Positions 1 to 10,675 of a stretch of 45,258 nt of DNA are shown here, in pieces. A program made the position numbers and the translations under genes. A model generated the notes under the pieces. It worked only from the letters and a program-made list of their open reading frames with translations, searched no databases and was not told the DNA's origin. Positions within the stretch are counted from its first letter, which is position 1, and each line of letters opens with the position of its first letter. Source of the DNA: Basidiobolus meristosporus CBS 931.73 (taxonomy: Eukaryota > Fungi > Basidiobolomycota); assembly GCA_002104905.1 (NCBI GenBank), contig MCFE01000686.1, forward strand, positions 1 to 45,258, read 5' to 3'.

Positions 1-137
1 GCTATCTCTATATAAACTCCTTTGAACACTATCAATAAAGCATCAACCTTTTACCGGTTCATCAACTATTCAGATAACCTCTCTGATTCGTATTGGACAT
101 CCTCCGGTCCTCCTCCGCTTGCCCTCGATTCATAACA
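1..137 (+). mobile_element. LTR (distal part, cut by window start) of Ty3/gypsy insertion E1
   Basis: Matches the last 137 bp of the 310-bp LTR (e.g. 42137-42273), ends TCATAACA; 11 bp upstream of tRNA-Arg(ACG). Confidence 0.96.
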
Positions 138-148
138 ATATGCTATAA

Positions 149-221
149 GGGCGTATGGCCAAATGGATAAGGCGCCTGACTACGGATCAGGAGATTCCAG
201 GTTCGATCCCTGGTATGCTCG
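149..221 (+). tRNA. tRNA-Arg(ACG)
   Basis: Cloverleaf; CCTGA-CT-ACG-GA-TCAGG; GGTTCGATCC. Confidence 0.97.
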
Positions 222-429
222 TTATTTTGCAACCAACATTTTGTAGTCTACAACTATGAGAAAATGTTACATGCAATGAATCAATGAAATACCATTGAAG
301 GAGAGGTCAATTCATCAAGTGTGCCGAGTTCTTAGTCACAAAAGCATAACGTTGGTGAATAAAATATTGGCTTATCTAGCCAAACATAGAGTGTACTTAG
401 TCAAGAACGTATTTAAATTCAAAAAGGTT

Positions 430-501
430 TTCCCCATCGGGGAATCGAACCCCGGCCGTCTCGGTGAGAGCGAGAAATCCTAACCACTGGACCAATGAGG
501 A
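430..501 (-). tRNA. tRNA-Glu(CTC)
   Basis: Cloverleaf; TCTCG-CT-CTC-AC-CGAGA. Confidence 0.97.
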
Positions 502-795
502 CTTGTTGATGATACTACTATATGTTTATCTCTTACTGAACTCGCCATAGTAATAGCACTTACCTAGGCTTAGTGCAAACCGATTGCTACATTGTGAATC
601 TGGGCGTGTGCCTCCCAGTTGGAATCTTGCATTTTAGACCATCAATTCTATATCAAAACAGTAAGATACTCCGGAAGCAACGCAACTTAAGAGTGTATGT
701 ATTCGCATACCTCGCATACCAAGGGTTAAGAAGTGTGTAAAGTAGATGCCCTTTGCACATTACTAAATAAGCAAATATTTGTATGTTATCGAACA

Positions 796-869
796 GCTCG
801 CATAGCTCAGTTGGTTAGAGCGTGGTGCTAATAACGCCAAGGTCGCAGGTTCGACCCCTGCTGTGAGCA
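796..869 (+). tRNA. tRNA-Ile(AAT)
   Basis: Cloverleaf; TGGTG-CT-AAT-AA-CGCCA. Confidence 0.97.
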
Positions 870-1042
870 AATTTCCTTTTTCGTTTTTTCCTTGCTAACT
901 CATTTCCCTCAAGTTATCGTCGAAATAGATACATACACAAGTGTACTTTCACAAAGTTGTTGTTTAGTGGCTTTGTTATATTGTATGCTGATAAACACTT
1001 GGTAGAAATATACAGTTTATTCTTTATTTTATCGTAACTAAT

Positions 1043-1114
1043 TCTCAGATAGTATAGTGGTAAGTATCCCCGCCTGTCACGCGGGAGACCCGGGTTCAAT
1101 TCCCGGTCTGAGAG
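1043..1114 (+). tRNA. tRNA-Asp(GTC)
   Basis: Cloverleaf; CCCGC-CT-GTC-AC-GCGGG; T-run terminator. Confidence 0.97.
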
Positions 1115-1291
1115 CTTTTTACATGCCACTCTAAGTATAGTAGTATAGGCAGTAGCAATATTTTATTACTCGATAACCCGTTTATTTGAAAATACATAGA
1201 TAATGTTTTTACAACAGTATTTCTGCCTCATATATATATATATACATGTATGTGCCTCCGTTTGCATCTTGGCCCATAGTTATAGGATATG

Positions 1292-1362
1292 GATCTTTAC
1301 TGGGAATCGTACCAAAGATTTCACCCACACAAAGAGCGAGTATACCGCCAAATCCTCAAGGC
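1292..1362 (-). pseudogene. Decayed tRNA-Pro-like relic (also 6519-6589, 11746-11816)
   Basis: 31/47 identity by hand over the best-aligned part to tRNA-Pro of array B; same Asp-Ala slot and strand. Confidence 0.7.
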
Positions 1363-1473
1363 AATACCACCCTAACAAGATGCACAATACACTATCGGTC
1401 ATTTTACAAAAGTCCTCAAGAATACACCAGTACCTAGCAATATCACCACTACTCCAGAAAGCCTAATATAAAT

Positions 1474-1546
1474 GGGGGTCTAGCTCAGATGGTAGAGCGC
1501 TCGCTTAGCATGCGAGAGGCACTGGGATCGATACCCAGGTCCTCCA
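1474..1546 (+). tRNA. tRNA-Ala(AGC)
   Basis: Cloverleaf; CTCGC-TT-AGC-AT-GCGAG. Confidence 0.97.
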
Positions 1547-1663
1547 TTTTTGCCATGTTGCAGTAAAGAATTTTAATATTTGCAGCAATGCTATTTTCCA
1601 TTCGCTCAAAGCCATTCATTTATATTTATCTCGGGCATCAAAAAACTGTTAAAGTGTGTAAAA

Positions 1664-1735
1664 AGGACGCAGGCGGATTTGAACCACCGACCTATTGATC
1701 TGCAGTCAATTGCTCTACCACTGAGCTATACGTCC
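1664..1735 (-). tRNA. tRNA-Cys(GCA)
   Basis: Cloverleaf; ATTGA-CT-GCA-GA-TCAAT. Confidence 0.97.
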
Positions 1736-1859
1736 GTTACTTGGAGGGCTAATATTATACAGATTCACATATCCATGAATGCAACAATGATCTGTCAATC
1801 TCATCAATTGCCGTTTGAAAAGTAAATCGATCAAAAGCGGATCAAGGCAAAAGTATAAG

Positions 1860-1932
1860 CACCCAACGTGGGGGTCGAACCCACAACCTTGAGATTAAGA
1901 GTCTCACGCTCTACCGATTGAGCTAGCCGGGC
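1860..1932 (-). tRNA. tRNA-Lys(CTT)
   Basis: Cloverleaf; TGAGA-CT-CTT-AA-TCTCA. Confidence 0.97.
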
Positions 1933-2209
1933 CACGTGGCTGTATGTGTAAAAGCTTAGTTATATTCCTTTTGTTTGCTTGAAAAGACCTGCGACCATTA
2001 ATGCATAGCATAAAATCATACCACCTATATAGACATATATACTTCATCCCAAGGGATTTTCGAATATCTACGATATTTCACTGTGTGAAACAGACACCCA
2101 GAGCATGGTACTGCATATATTAGGAGAACCTGAGGTATAGAATCACCGCACAATTGTTGTTTTGTAATGCATAGTAACAACACAGAGTAAAAAAAATATC
2201 AAAAGAAAC

Positions 2210-2282
2210 TGCTCCCTGCCAGGATCGAACTGGCGACCTTCAGATTATGAGACTAACGCGCTGCCAACTGCGCTAAGGAAGC
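2210..2282 (-). tRNA. tRNA-Met(CAT), elongator
   Basis: CT-CAT-AA loop, G1:C72, TTCGA T-loop. Confidence 0.96.
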
Positions 2283-2451
2283 ATGTATACCGGGGATATC
2301 TTATATCAATATATTACAAGCTCCAGACTATTTTGCGTGATTTAATACCCCACGGTAGGGTAGCAATAATCATTCAGGAGGTACAACATTGTGCCAGCAA
2401 AATTCAAACAACATTAAAAATGAGCCTTTACAACGTAGTTGAATGCAAAAG

Positions 2452-2523
2452 TTCCCCATCGGGGAATCGAACCCCGGCCGTCTCGGTGAAAGCGAGAAAT
2501 CCTAACCACTGGACCAATGAGGA
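2452..2523 (-). tRNA. tRNA-Glu(TTC)
   Basis: TCTCG-CT-TTC-AC-CGAGA. Confidence 0.97.
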
Positions 2524-2866
2524 ATACATGAAAACATTCTAACTACAATGCTGTGTTAATGTGTAAGTGTAATGTTGCACAGCAGTTCGATCGTTAATAC
2601 ATCCCTTTGCTAGGTCTATTTCGCATGATGAAAATTGCACCCTTGGCAGTACAATAAGTTATTGTGTGTGAGTGCTTAGAAGCCTCTGGTCAAGGTAAAG
2701 GCTTCTAGCATATACGGCAAGTTCTTGGGCAAGATTTGATTGCGGATTCTGTAAAGAGAAGCAATAAGTATACATATTCTTCAACTCCTATTTAGTATTC
2801 ACACATTTTCATGGTATAAATGTAATAGCGACACTCATACATTTGAGGAGTCAGCAAAAGATTAGA

Positions 2867-2938
2867 TAGCAGCGAGAGGTTTCGATCCTCCGACCTCGGG
2901 GTTATGAGCCCCGCGCGCTTCCTCTGCGCTACGCTGCT
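2867..2938 (-). tRNA. tRNA-iMet(CAT), initiator
   Basis: A1:T72, GGG/CCC anticodon stem, ATCGAAA T-loop (eukaryotic initiator hallmarks). Confidence 0.97.
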
Positions 2939-3179
2939 TTGTTGAATATCTAAGACAAAGACGCCCCTTTGACCCTTTGGTAGGACTGTATTACAATCTG
3001 ATATTTTGACTGTGCCCATGCACGCATACCTCCAGTTTAAATAGTATACAAACTGTAACCATTCAAAAGGGTATGATTCACACCTCTGAAATGGCTCTTC
3101 CTACACAATCCTATAAAACACATGTCAAGCAACAAAAGACTCTTGATGCCGACCAGTAATCAGTACAAAAAGAGAAAGC

Positions 3180-3253
3180 CACCCCCGGTGGGACTCGAAC
3201 CCACAATCCTCAGATTAGAAGTCTGATGCCTTATCCAATTAGGCCACGGGGGC
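3180..3253 (-). tRNA. tRNA-Arg(TCT)
   Basis: TCAGA-CT-TCT-AA-TCTGA. Confidence 0.97.
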
Positions 3254-3412
3254 ATTTCGTTCTTGTTCCCTTTGTTTTGCGTATAGATGTAAACTAAATG
3301 AAGTACTATCCGGTGATTCCCTTGTGACTCTAGTGACTGTATTCTTATGACCGTCCAAATTTCTGCCAAACCTTAGCCAATTTTAAGTAACATTGGCTAA
3401 AAAAATAAAAAT

Positions 3413-3485
3413 TGCCGTCTCTGCGGATCGAACGCAGGACCTTCAGAACTTCAGTCTGACGCTCTCCCAACTGAGCTAAGACGGC
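3413..3485 (-). tRNA. tRNA-Phe(GAA)
   Basis: TCAGA-CT-GAA-GT-TCTGA. Confidence 0.97.
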
Positions 3486-3723
3486 TATACATTTGCTTGA
3501 ATATTGAGTATGAATTAGTTGGCTAATAGTGTAAGATAGTGTCATCACTACCTTGGGCAAGCCCTGTTTGCCTTAGTATCTGCAATACATCCCGTAGTCA
3601 TGGCATACTCTGGATAATAGTTATTTTAATGAATCGCAGTAACCCGTATGGATTTTGTACTACTTAGCCCCTTTGTAACTACTAAGGAGATATATCTGAT
3701 CAAGATTTGGTTGCAAGCGTATT

Positions 3724-3797
3724 GCTCTTGTGGCGCAATTGGCTAGCGCGTCTGACTGTTAATCAGGAGGTTGGTGGTTCAAGCCCACCCAGGAGCG
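3724..3797 (+). tRNA. tRNA-Asn(GTT)
   Basis: TCTGA-CT-GTT-AA-TCAGG. Confidence 0.97.
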
Positions 3798-4018
3798 ATT
3801 ACCTTTTGCTTGAAGCTTTAGCACTCCCTTTTTTGCCATTCGGCTGGAAACGGGTTAGGAGTCTGGGGTATATTTGTATGTGCCACACACATGTTACTGT
3901 CAACTATCTATTTTAATGAATGTACTTGAATACTGAAGCGAAGAGCTGCACCGCCATTATCCAAGGAGTAAAACTCAAAACTTCTCAGCCAACTAATGTA
4001 GCTGGGACAAAACAAGAC

Positions 4019-4104
4019 TCCGAACACCCGGATTTGAACCAGGGACCTAAAGATTGCTATGGTAACACTACAGTCTTCCGCTCTACCAACTGAGCTATGT
4101 TCGG
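4019..4104 (-). tRNA. tRNA-Tyr(GTA) with 13-nt intron (4055-4067)
   Basis: GAAGA-CT-GTA-G then TGTTACCATAGCA insert at canonical 37/38 position. Confidence 0.95.
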
Positions 4105-4204
4105 GAGTTCACGGGAGTGGGAACCAATATCAATGATAGACTAGATGTTTCAAATAATTGCAGCATTCCCATACATTCCTTTATAACATCTGGAACGTGA
4201 AAAT

Positions 4205-4287
4205 GGAGAGATGGCCGAGTTGGTCTAAGGCGTCACGTTAAGGCCGTGATCTCTTCGGAGGCGTGGGTTCGAATCCCACTCTCTTCA
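4205..4287 (+). tRNA. tRNA-Leu(AAG)
   Basis: TCACG-TT-AAG-GC-CGTGA; long variable arm. Confidence 0.96.
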
Positions 4288-4538
4288 TTAGTTTTTGCGC
4301 TCTTCTTTTTCCCGGTATTTCTCTTGACCTTTGGGATGTACACCACCGGTGATCAGGTAGAGCAACAATTTTATGACATGGCCACTTCACTATATGGATA
4401 GCCACTATGATTATGCTCAGTTTAGGCATTGATATGATTGATTTGCCCGCACAGCATTGATGGATATCTTGGCAAATCCCCACGCATACAAAAAAAACCA
4501 GCAGCAGCACCTACATTCAAGTAGAGCCGTTGGCAAAA

Positions 4539-4611
4539 TGCCTTCTGCCGGAATTGAACCAGCGACCTTCTGCTTACTAGGCAGACGCTCTGCCAACTGA
4601 GCCAAGAAGGC
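4539..4611 (-). tRNA. tRNA-Thr(AGT)
   Basis: TCTGC-CT-AGT-AA-GCAGA. Confidence 0.97.
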
Positions 4612-4712
4612 AATATGTCTGAGCGCACTAGATGGGCTCTATGAGGAAAATACCTAAGCAAGAGTCTTATTCTATAAAGCTATTTGGGGTGATAAACTGA
4701 TGTAGCACCAGA

Positions 4713-4779
4713 GCCATGATGTCAGAAGGTAGGGCGGCATGATTGTGCGCAACAACGATAGGTTCGAATTGCAGTTGGA
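4713..4779 (+). pseudogene. Possible decayed tRNA-His-like relic (also 9940-10006, 15167-15233)
   Basis: GCCATGAT...TTGTG-CGCAACAAC...GGTTCGAAT resembles eukaryotic tRNA-His(GTG) as recalled from memory; stems broken. Confidence 0.4.
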
Positions 4780-5178
4780 CATACCCTACGGAGTGGCTAA
4801 CCAGATGATAAACCGTAAGGCGGTTATGCCAAAAGTTTTGGCAGCCAGCAGTGTTGTTTTGAGGGGCAGTTTAGCCTTGATATTTTGCATTGATTAACTA
4901 ACCCTAATCAAAGGAGGAAACATGCACATTCCTGGAGCTTCGGGTATATGACTCGGCCATCCAAGTCCTTTTTCTGTTTTGTCAGCTTTATGGTGAGTAA
5001 GGTAAGAAGCAACACCTGCGTCCAAGCAGGCACATAACTCCTACTCTTGCCATTCCCAGCAAAACAGCAACGATACAGTAAGCCAGATGCAGCTAGCCAA
5101 CAAAAGAATGAAACGTATTATCTCATACGTCAAAGTATTGCTCAAAGAAAGGAAATCGCAAAGACACCTACAGCAAAA

Positions 5179-5249
5179 TGCATACTCGGGGAATCGAACC
5201 CCGGTCTACCGCGTGGCAGGCGGTAATTATACCACTAAACCAAGTATGC
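5179..5249 (-). tRNA. tRNA-Gly(GCC)
   Basis: ACCGC-CT-GCC-AC-GCGGT. Confidence 0.97.
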
Positions 5250-5375
5250 AATTACAATAGGGGGGCGGAAAGGTAGTTCATGATAACATTCAGGGGAAGC
5301 AGTGCGCAACTTTGGATGTCACCACCAAAGGCTAAAGAGATTCATAGTCTACCAGCTGGCAAGTATATGCTATAA

Positions 5376-5448
5376 GGGCGTATGGCCAAATGGATAAGGC
5401 GCCTGACTACGGATCAGGAGATTCCAGGTTCGATCCCTGGTATGCTCG
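5376..5448 (+). tRNA. tRNA-Arg(ACG)
   Basis: Copy in unit A2. Confidence 0.97.
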
Positions 5449-5656
5449 TTATTTTGCAACCAACATTTTGTAGTCTACAACTATGAGAAAATGTTACATG
5501 CAATGAATCAATGAAATACCATTGAAGGAGAGGTCAATTCATCAAGTGTGCCGAGTTCTTAGTCACAAAAGCATAACGTTGGTGAATAAAATATTGGCTT
5601 ATCTAGCCAAACATAGAGTGTACTTAGTCAAGAACGTATTTAAATTCAAAAAGGTT

Positions 5657-5728
5657 TTCCCCATCGGGGAATCGAACCCCGGCCGTCTCGGTGAGAGCGA
5701 GAAATCCTAACCACTGGACCAATGAGGA
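5657..5728 (-). tRNA. tRNA-Glu(CTC)
   Basis: Copy in unit A2. Confidence 0.97.
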
Positions 5729-6022
5729 CTTGTTGATGATACTACTATATGTTTATCTCTTACTGAACTCGCCATAGTAATAGCACTTACCTAGGCTTAG
5801 TGCAAACCGATTGCTACATTGTGAATCTGGGCGTGTGCCTCCCAGTTGGAATCTTGCATTTTAGACCATCAATTCTATATCAAAACAGTAAGATACTCCG
5901 GAAGCAACGCAACTTAAGAGTGTATGTATTCGCATACCTCGCATACCAAGGGTTAAGAAGTGTGTAAAGTAGATGCCCTTTGCACATTACTAAATAAGCA
6001 AATATTTGTATGTTATCGAACA

Positions 6023-6096
6023 GCTCGCATAGCTCAGTTGGTTAGAGCGTGGTGCTAATAACGCCAAGGTCGCAGGTTCGACCCCTGCTGTGAGCA
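6023..6096 (+). tRNA. tRNA-Ile(AAT)
   Basis: Copy in unit A2. Confidence 0.97.
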
Positions 6097-6269
6097 AATT
6101 TCCTTTTTCGTTTTTTCCTTGCTAACTCATTTCCCTCAAGTTATCGTCGAAATAGATACATACACAAGTGTACTTTCACAAAGTTGTTGTTTAGTGGCTT
6201 TGTTATATTGTATGCTGATAAACACTTGGTAGAAATATACAGTTTATTCTTTATTTTATCGTAACTAAT

Positions 6270-6341
6270 TCTCAGATAGTATAGTGGTAAGTATCCCCGC
6301 CTGTCACGCGGGAGACCCGGGTTCAATTCCCGGTCTGAGAG
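6270..6341 (+). tRNA. tRNA-Asp(GTC)
   Basis: Copy in unit A2. Confidence 0.97.
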
Positions 6342-6700
6342 CTTTTTACATGCCACTCTAAGTATAGTAGTATAGGCAGTAGCAATATTTTATTACTCGA
6401 TAACCCGTTTATTTGAAAATACATAGATAATGTTTTTACAACAGTATTTCTGCCTCATATATATATATATACATGTATGTGCCTCCGTTTGCATCTTGGC
6501 CCATAGTTATAGGATATGGATCTTTACTGGGAATCGTACCAAAGATTTCACCCACACAAAGAGCGAGTATACCGCCAAATCCTCAAGGCAATACCACCCT
6601 AACAAGATGCACAATACACTATCGGTCATTTTACAAAAGTCCTCAAGAATACACCAGTACCTAGCAATATCACCACTACTCCAGAAAGCCTAATATAAAT

Positions 6701-6773
6701 GGGGGTCTAGCTCAGATGGTAGAGCGCTCGCTTAGCATGCGAGAGGCACTGGGATCGATACCCAGGTCCTCCA
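6701..6773 (+). tRNA. tRNA-Ala(AGC)
   Basis: Copy in unit A2. Confidence 0.97.
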
Positions 6774-6890
6774 TTTTTGCCATGTTGCAGTAAAGAATTT
6801 TAATATTTGCAGCAATGCTATTTTCCATTCGCTCAAAGCCATTCATTTATATTTATCTCGGGCATCAAAAAACTGTTAAAGTGTGTAAAA

Positions 6891-6962
6891 AGGACGCAGG
6901 CGGATTTGAACCACCGACCTATTGATCTGCAGTCAATTGCTCTACCACTGAGCTATACGTCC
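6891..6962 (-). tRNA. tRNA-Cys(GCA)
   Basis: Copy in unit A2. Confidence 0.97.
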
Positions 6963-7086
6963 GTTACTTGGAGGGCTAATATTATACAGATTCACATATC
7001 CATGAATGCAACAATGATCTGTCAATCTCATCAATTGCCGTTTGAAAAGTAAATCGATCAAAAGCGGATCAAGGCAAAAGTATAAG

Positions 7087-7159
7087 CACCCAACGTGGGG
7101 GTCGAACCCACAACCTTGAGATTAAGAGTCTCACGCTCTACCGATTGAGCTAGCCGGGC
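7087..7159 (-). tRNA. tRNA-Lys(CTT)
   Basis: Copy in unit A2. Confidence 0.97.
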
Positions 7160-7436
7160 CACGTGGCTGTATGTGTAAAAGCTTAGTTATATTCCTTTTG
7201 TTTGCTTGAAAAGACCTGCGACCATTAATGCATAGCATAAAATCATACCACCTATATAGACATATATACTTCATCCCAAGGGATTTTCGAATATCTACGA
7301 TATTTCACTGTGTGAAACAGACACCCAGAGCATGGTACTGCATATATTAGGAGAACCTGAGGTATAGAATCACCGCACAATTGTTGTTTTGTAATGCATA
7401 GTAACAACACAGAGTAAAAAAAATATCAAAAGAAAC

Positions 7437-7509
7437 TGCTCCCTGCCAGGATCGAACTGGCGACCTTCAGATTATGAGACTAACGCGCTGCCAACTGCGC
7501 TAAGGAAGC
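7437..7509 (-). tRNA. tRNA-Met(CAT), elongator
   Basis: Copy in unit A2. Confidence 0.96.
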
Positions 7510-7678
7510 ATGTATACCGGGGATATCTTATATCAATATATTACAAGCTCCAGACTATTTTGCGTGATTTAATACCCCACGGTAGGGTAGCAATAATCAT
7601 TCAGGAGGTACAACATTGTGCCAGCAAAATTCAAACAACATTAAAAATGAGCCTTTACAACGTAGTTGAATGCAAAAG

Positions 7679-7750
7679 TTCCCCATCGGGGAATCGAACC
7701 CCGGCCGTCTCGGTGAAAGCGAGAAATCCTAACCACTGGACCAATGAGGA
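7679..7750 (-). tRNA. tRNA-Glu(TTC)
   Basis: Copy in unit A2. Confidence 0.97.
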
Positions 7751-8093
7751 ATACATGAAAACATTCTAACTACAATGCTGTGTTAATGTGTAAGTGTAAT
7801 GTTGCACAGCAGTTCGATCGTTAATACATCCCTTTGCTAGGTCTATTTCGCATGATGAAAATTGCACCCTTGGCAGTACAATAAGTTATTGTGTGTGAGT
7901 GCTTAGAAGCCTCTGGTCAAGGTAAAGGCTTCTAGCATATACGGCAAGTTCTTGGGCAAGATTTGATTGCGGATTCTGTAAAGAGAAGCAATAAGTATAC
8001 ATATTCTTCAACTCCTATTTAGTATTCACACATTTTCATGGTATAAATGTAATAGCGACACTCATACATTTGAGGAGTCAGCAAAAGATTAGA

Positions 8094-8165
8094 TAGCAGC
8101 GAGAGGTTTCGATCCTCCGACCTCGGGGTTATGAGCCCCGCGCGCTTCCTCTGCGCTACGCTGCT
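8094..8165 (-). tRNA. tRNA-iMet(CAT), initiator
   Basis: Copy in unit A2. Confidence 0.97.
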
Positions 8166-8406
8166 TTGTTGAATATCTAAGACAAAGACGCCCCTTTGAC
8201 CCTTTGGTAGGACTGTATTACAATCTGATATTTTGACTGTGCCCATGCACGCATACCTCCAGTTTAAATAGTATACAAACTGTAACCATTCAAAAGGGTA
8301 TGATTCACACCTCTGAAATGGCTCTTCCTACACAATCCTATAAAACACATGTCAAGCAACAAAAGACTCTTGATGCCGACCAGTAATCAGTACAAAAAGA
8401 GAAAGC

Positions 8407-8480
8407 CACCCCCGGTGGGACTCGAACCCACAATCCTCAGATTAGAAGTCTGATGCCTTATCCAATTAGGCCACGGGGGC
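8407..8480 (-). tRNA. tRNA-Arg(TCT)
   Basis: Copy in unit A2. Confidence 0.97.
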
Positions 8481-8639
8481 ATTTCGTTCTTGTTCCCTTT
8501 GTTTTGCGTATAGATGTAAACTAAATGAAGTACTATCCGGTGATTCCCTTGTGACTCTAGTGACTGTATTCTTATGACCGTCCAAATTTCTGCCAAACCT
8601 TAGCCAATTTTAAGTAACATTGGCTAAAAAAATAAAAAT

Positions 8640-8712
8640 TGCCGTCTCTGCGGATCGAACGCAGGACCTTCAGAACTTCAGTCTGACGCTCTCCCAACTG
8701 AGCTAAGACGGC
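8640..8712 (-). tRNA. tRNA-Phe(GAA)
   Basis: Copy in unit A2. Confidence 0.97.
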
Positions 8713-8950
8713 TATACATTTGCTTGAATATTGAGTATGAATTAGTTGGCTAATAGTGTAAGATAGTGTCATCACTACCTTGGGCAAGCCCTGTTTGCCT
8801 TAGTATCTGCAATACATCCCGTAGTCATGGCATACTCTGGATAATAGTTATTTTAATGAATCGCAGTAACCCGTATGGATTTTGTACTACTTAGCCCCTT
8901 TGTAACTACTAAGGAGATATATCTGATCAAGATTTGGTTGCAAGCGTATT

Positions 8951-9024
8951 GCTCTTGTGGCGCAATTGGCTAGCGCGTCTGACTGTTAATCAGGAGGTTG
9001 GTGGTTCAAGCCCACCCAGGAGCG
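8951..9024 (+). tRNA. tRNA-Asn(GTT)
   Basis: Copy in unit A2. Confidence 0.97.
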
Positions 9025-9245
9025 ATTACCTTTTGCTTGAAGCTTTAGCACTCCCTTTTTTGCCATTCGGCTGGAAACGGGTTAGGAGTCTGGGGTATAT
9101 TTGTATGTGCCACACACATGTTACTGTCAACTATCTATTTTAATGAATGTACTTGAATACTGAAGCGAAGAGCTGCACCGCCATTATCCAAGGAGTAAAA
9201 CTCAAAACTTCTCAGCCAACTAATGTAGCTGGGACAAAACAAGAC

Positions 9246-9331
9246 TCCGAACACCCGGATTTGAACCAGGGACCTAAAGATTGCTATGGTAACACTACAG
9301 TCTTCCGCTCTACCAACTGAGCTATGTTCGG
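9246..9331 (-). tRNA. tRNA-Tyr(GTA), 13-nt intron
   Basis: Copy in unit A2. Confidence 0.95.
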
Positions 9332-9431
9332 GAGTTCACGGGAGTGGGAACCAATATCAATGATAGACTAGATGTTTCAAATAATTGCAGCATTCCCATA
9401 CATTCCTTTATAACATCTGGAACGTGAAAAT

Positions 9432-9514
9432 GGAGAGATGGCCGAGTTGGTCTAAGGCGTCACGTTAAGGCCGTGATCTCTTCGGAGGCGTGGGTTCGAA
9501 TCCCACTCTCTTCA
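9432..9514 (+). tRNA. tRNA-Leu(AAG)
   Basis: Copy in unit A2. Confidence 0.96.
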
Positions 9515-9765
9515 TTAGTTTTTGCGCTCTTCTTTTTCCCGGTATTTCTCTTGACCTTTGGGATGTACACCACCGGTGATCAGGTAGAGCAACAATTTTA
9601 TGACATGGCCACTTCACTATATGGATAGCCACTATGATTATGCTCAGTTTAGGCATTGATATGATTGATTTGCCCGCACAGCATTGATGGATATCTTGGC
9701 AAATCCCCACGCATACAAAAAAAACCAGCAGCAGCACCTACATTCAAGTAGAGCCGTTGGCAAAA

Positions 9766-9838
9766 TGCCTTCTGCCGGAATTGAACCAGCGACCTTCTGC
9801 TTACTAGGCAGACGCTCTGCCAACTGAGCCAAGAAGGC
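9766..9838 (-). tRNA. tRNA-Thr(AGT)
   Basis: Copy in unit A2. Confidence 0.97.
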
Positions 9839-10405
9839 AATATGTCTGAGCGCACTAGATGGGCTCTATGAGGAAAATACCTAAGCAAGAGTCTTATTCT
9901 ATAAAGCTATTTGGGGTGATAAACTGATGTAGCACCAGAGCCATGATGTCAGAAGGTAGGGCGGCATGATTGTGCGCAACAACGATAGGTTCGAATTGCA
10001 GTTGGACATACCCTACGGAGTGGCTAACCAGATGATAAACCGTAAGGCGGTTATGCCAAAAGTTTTGGCAGCCAGCAGTGTTGTTTTGAGGGGCAGTTTA
10101 GCCTTGATATTTTGCATTGATTAACTAACCCTAATCAAAGGAGGAAACATGCACATTCCTGGAGCTTCGGGTATATGACTCGGCCATCCAAGTCCTTTTT
10201 CTGTTTTGTCAGCTTTATGGTGAGTAAGGTAAGAAGCAACACCTGCGTCCAAGCAGGCACATAACTCCTACTCTTGCCATTCCCAGCAAAACAGCAACGA
10301 TACAGTAAGCCAGATGCAGCTAGCCAACAAAAGAATGAAACGTATTATCTCATACGTCAAAGTATTGCTCAAAGAAAGGAAATCGCAAAGACACCTACAG
10401 CAAAA

Positions 10406-10476
10406 TGCATACTCGGGGAATCGAACCCCGGTCTACCGCGTGGCAGGCGGTAATTATACCACTAAACCAAGTATGC
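10406..10476 (-). tRNA. tRNA-Gly(GCC)
   Basis: Copy in unit A2. Confidence 0.97.
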
Positions 10477-10602
10477 AATTACAATAGGGGGGCGGAAAGG
10501 TAGTTCATGATAACATTCAGGGGAAGCAGTGCGCAACTTTGGATGTCACCACCAAAGGCTAAAGAGATTCATAGTCTACCAGCTGGCAAGTATATGCTAT
10601 AA

Positions 10603-10675
10603 GGGCGTATGGCCAAATGGATAAGGCGCCTGACTACGGATCAGGAGATTCCAGGTTCGATCCCTGGTATGCTCG
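10603..10675 (+). tRNA. tRNA-Arg(ACG)
   Basis: Copy in unit A3. Confidence 0.97.

Noticed and set aside
705-720. Short CGCATAC(C) repeats here and near 3023 and 4492
   Set aside because: Too short, with no consistent position relative to genes
2674-2709. Hairpin TAGAAGCCT/AGGCTTCTA, and TTAGCCAAT/ATTGGCTAA at 3373-3400
   Set aside because: 9-bp stems with no counterpart seen in array B; compatible with chance
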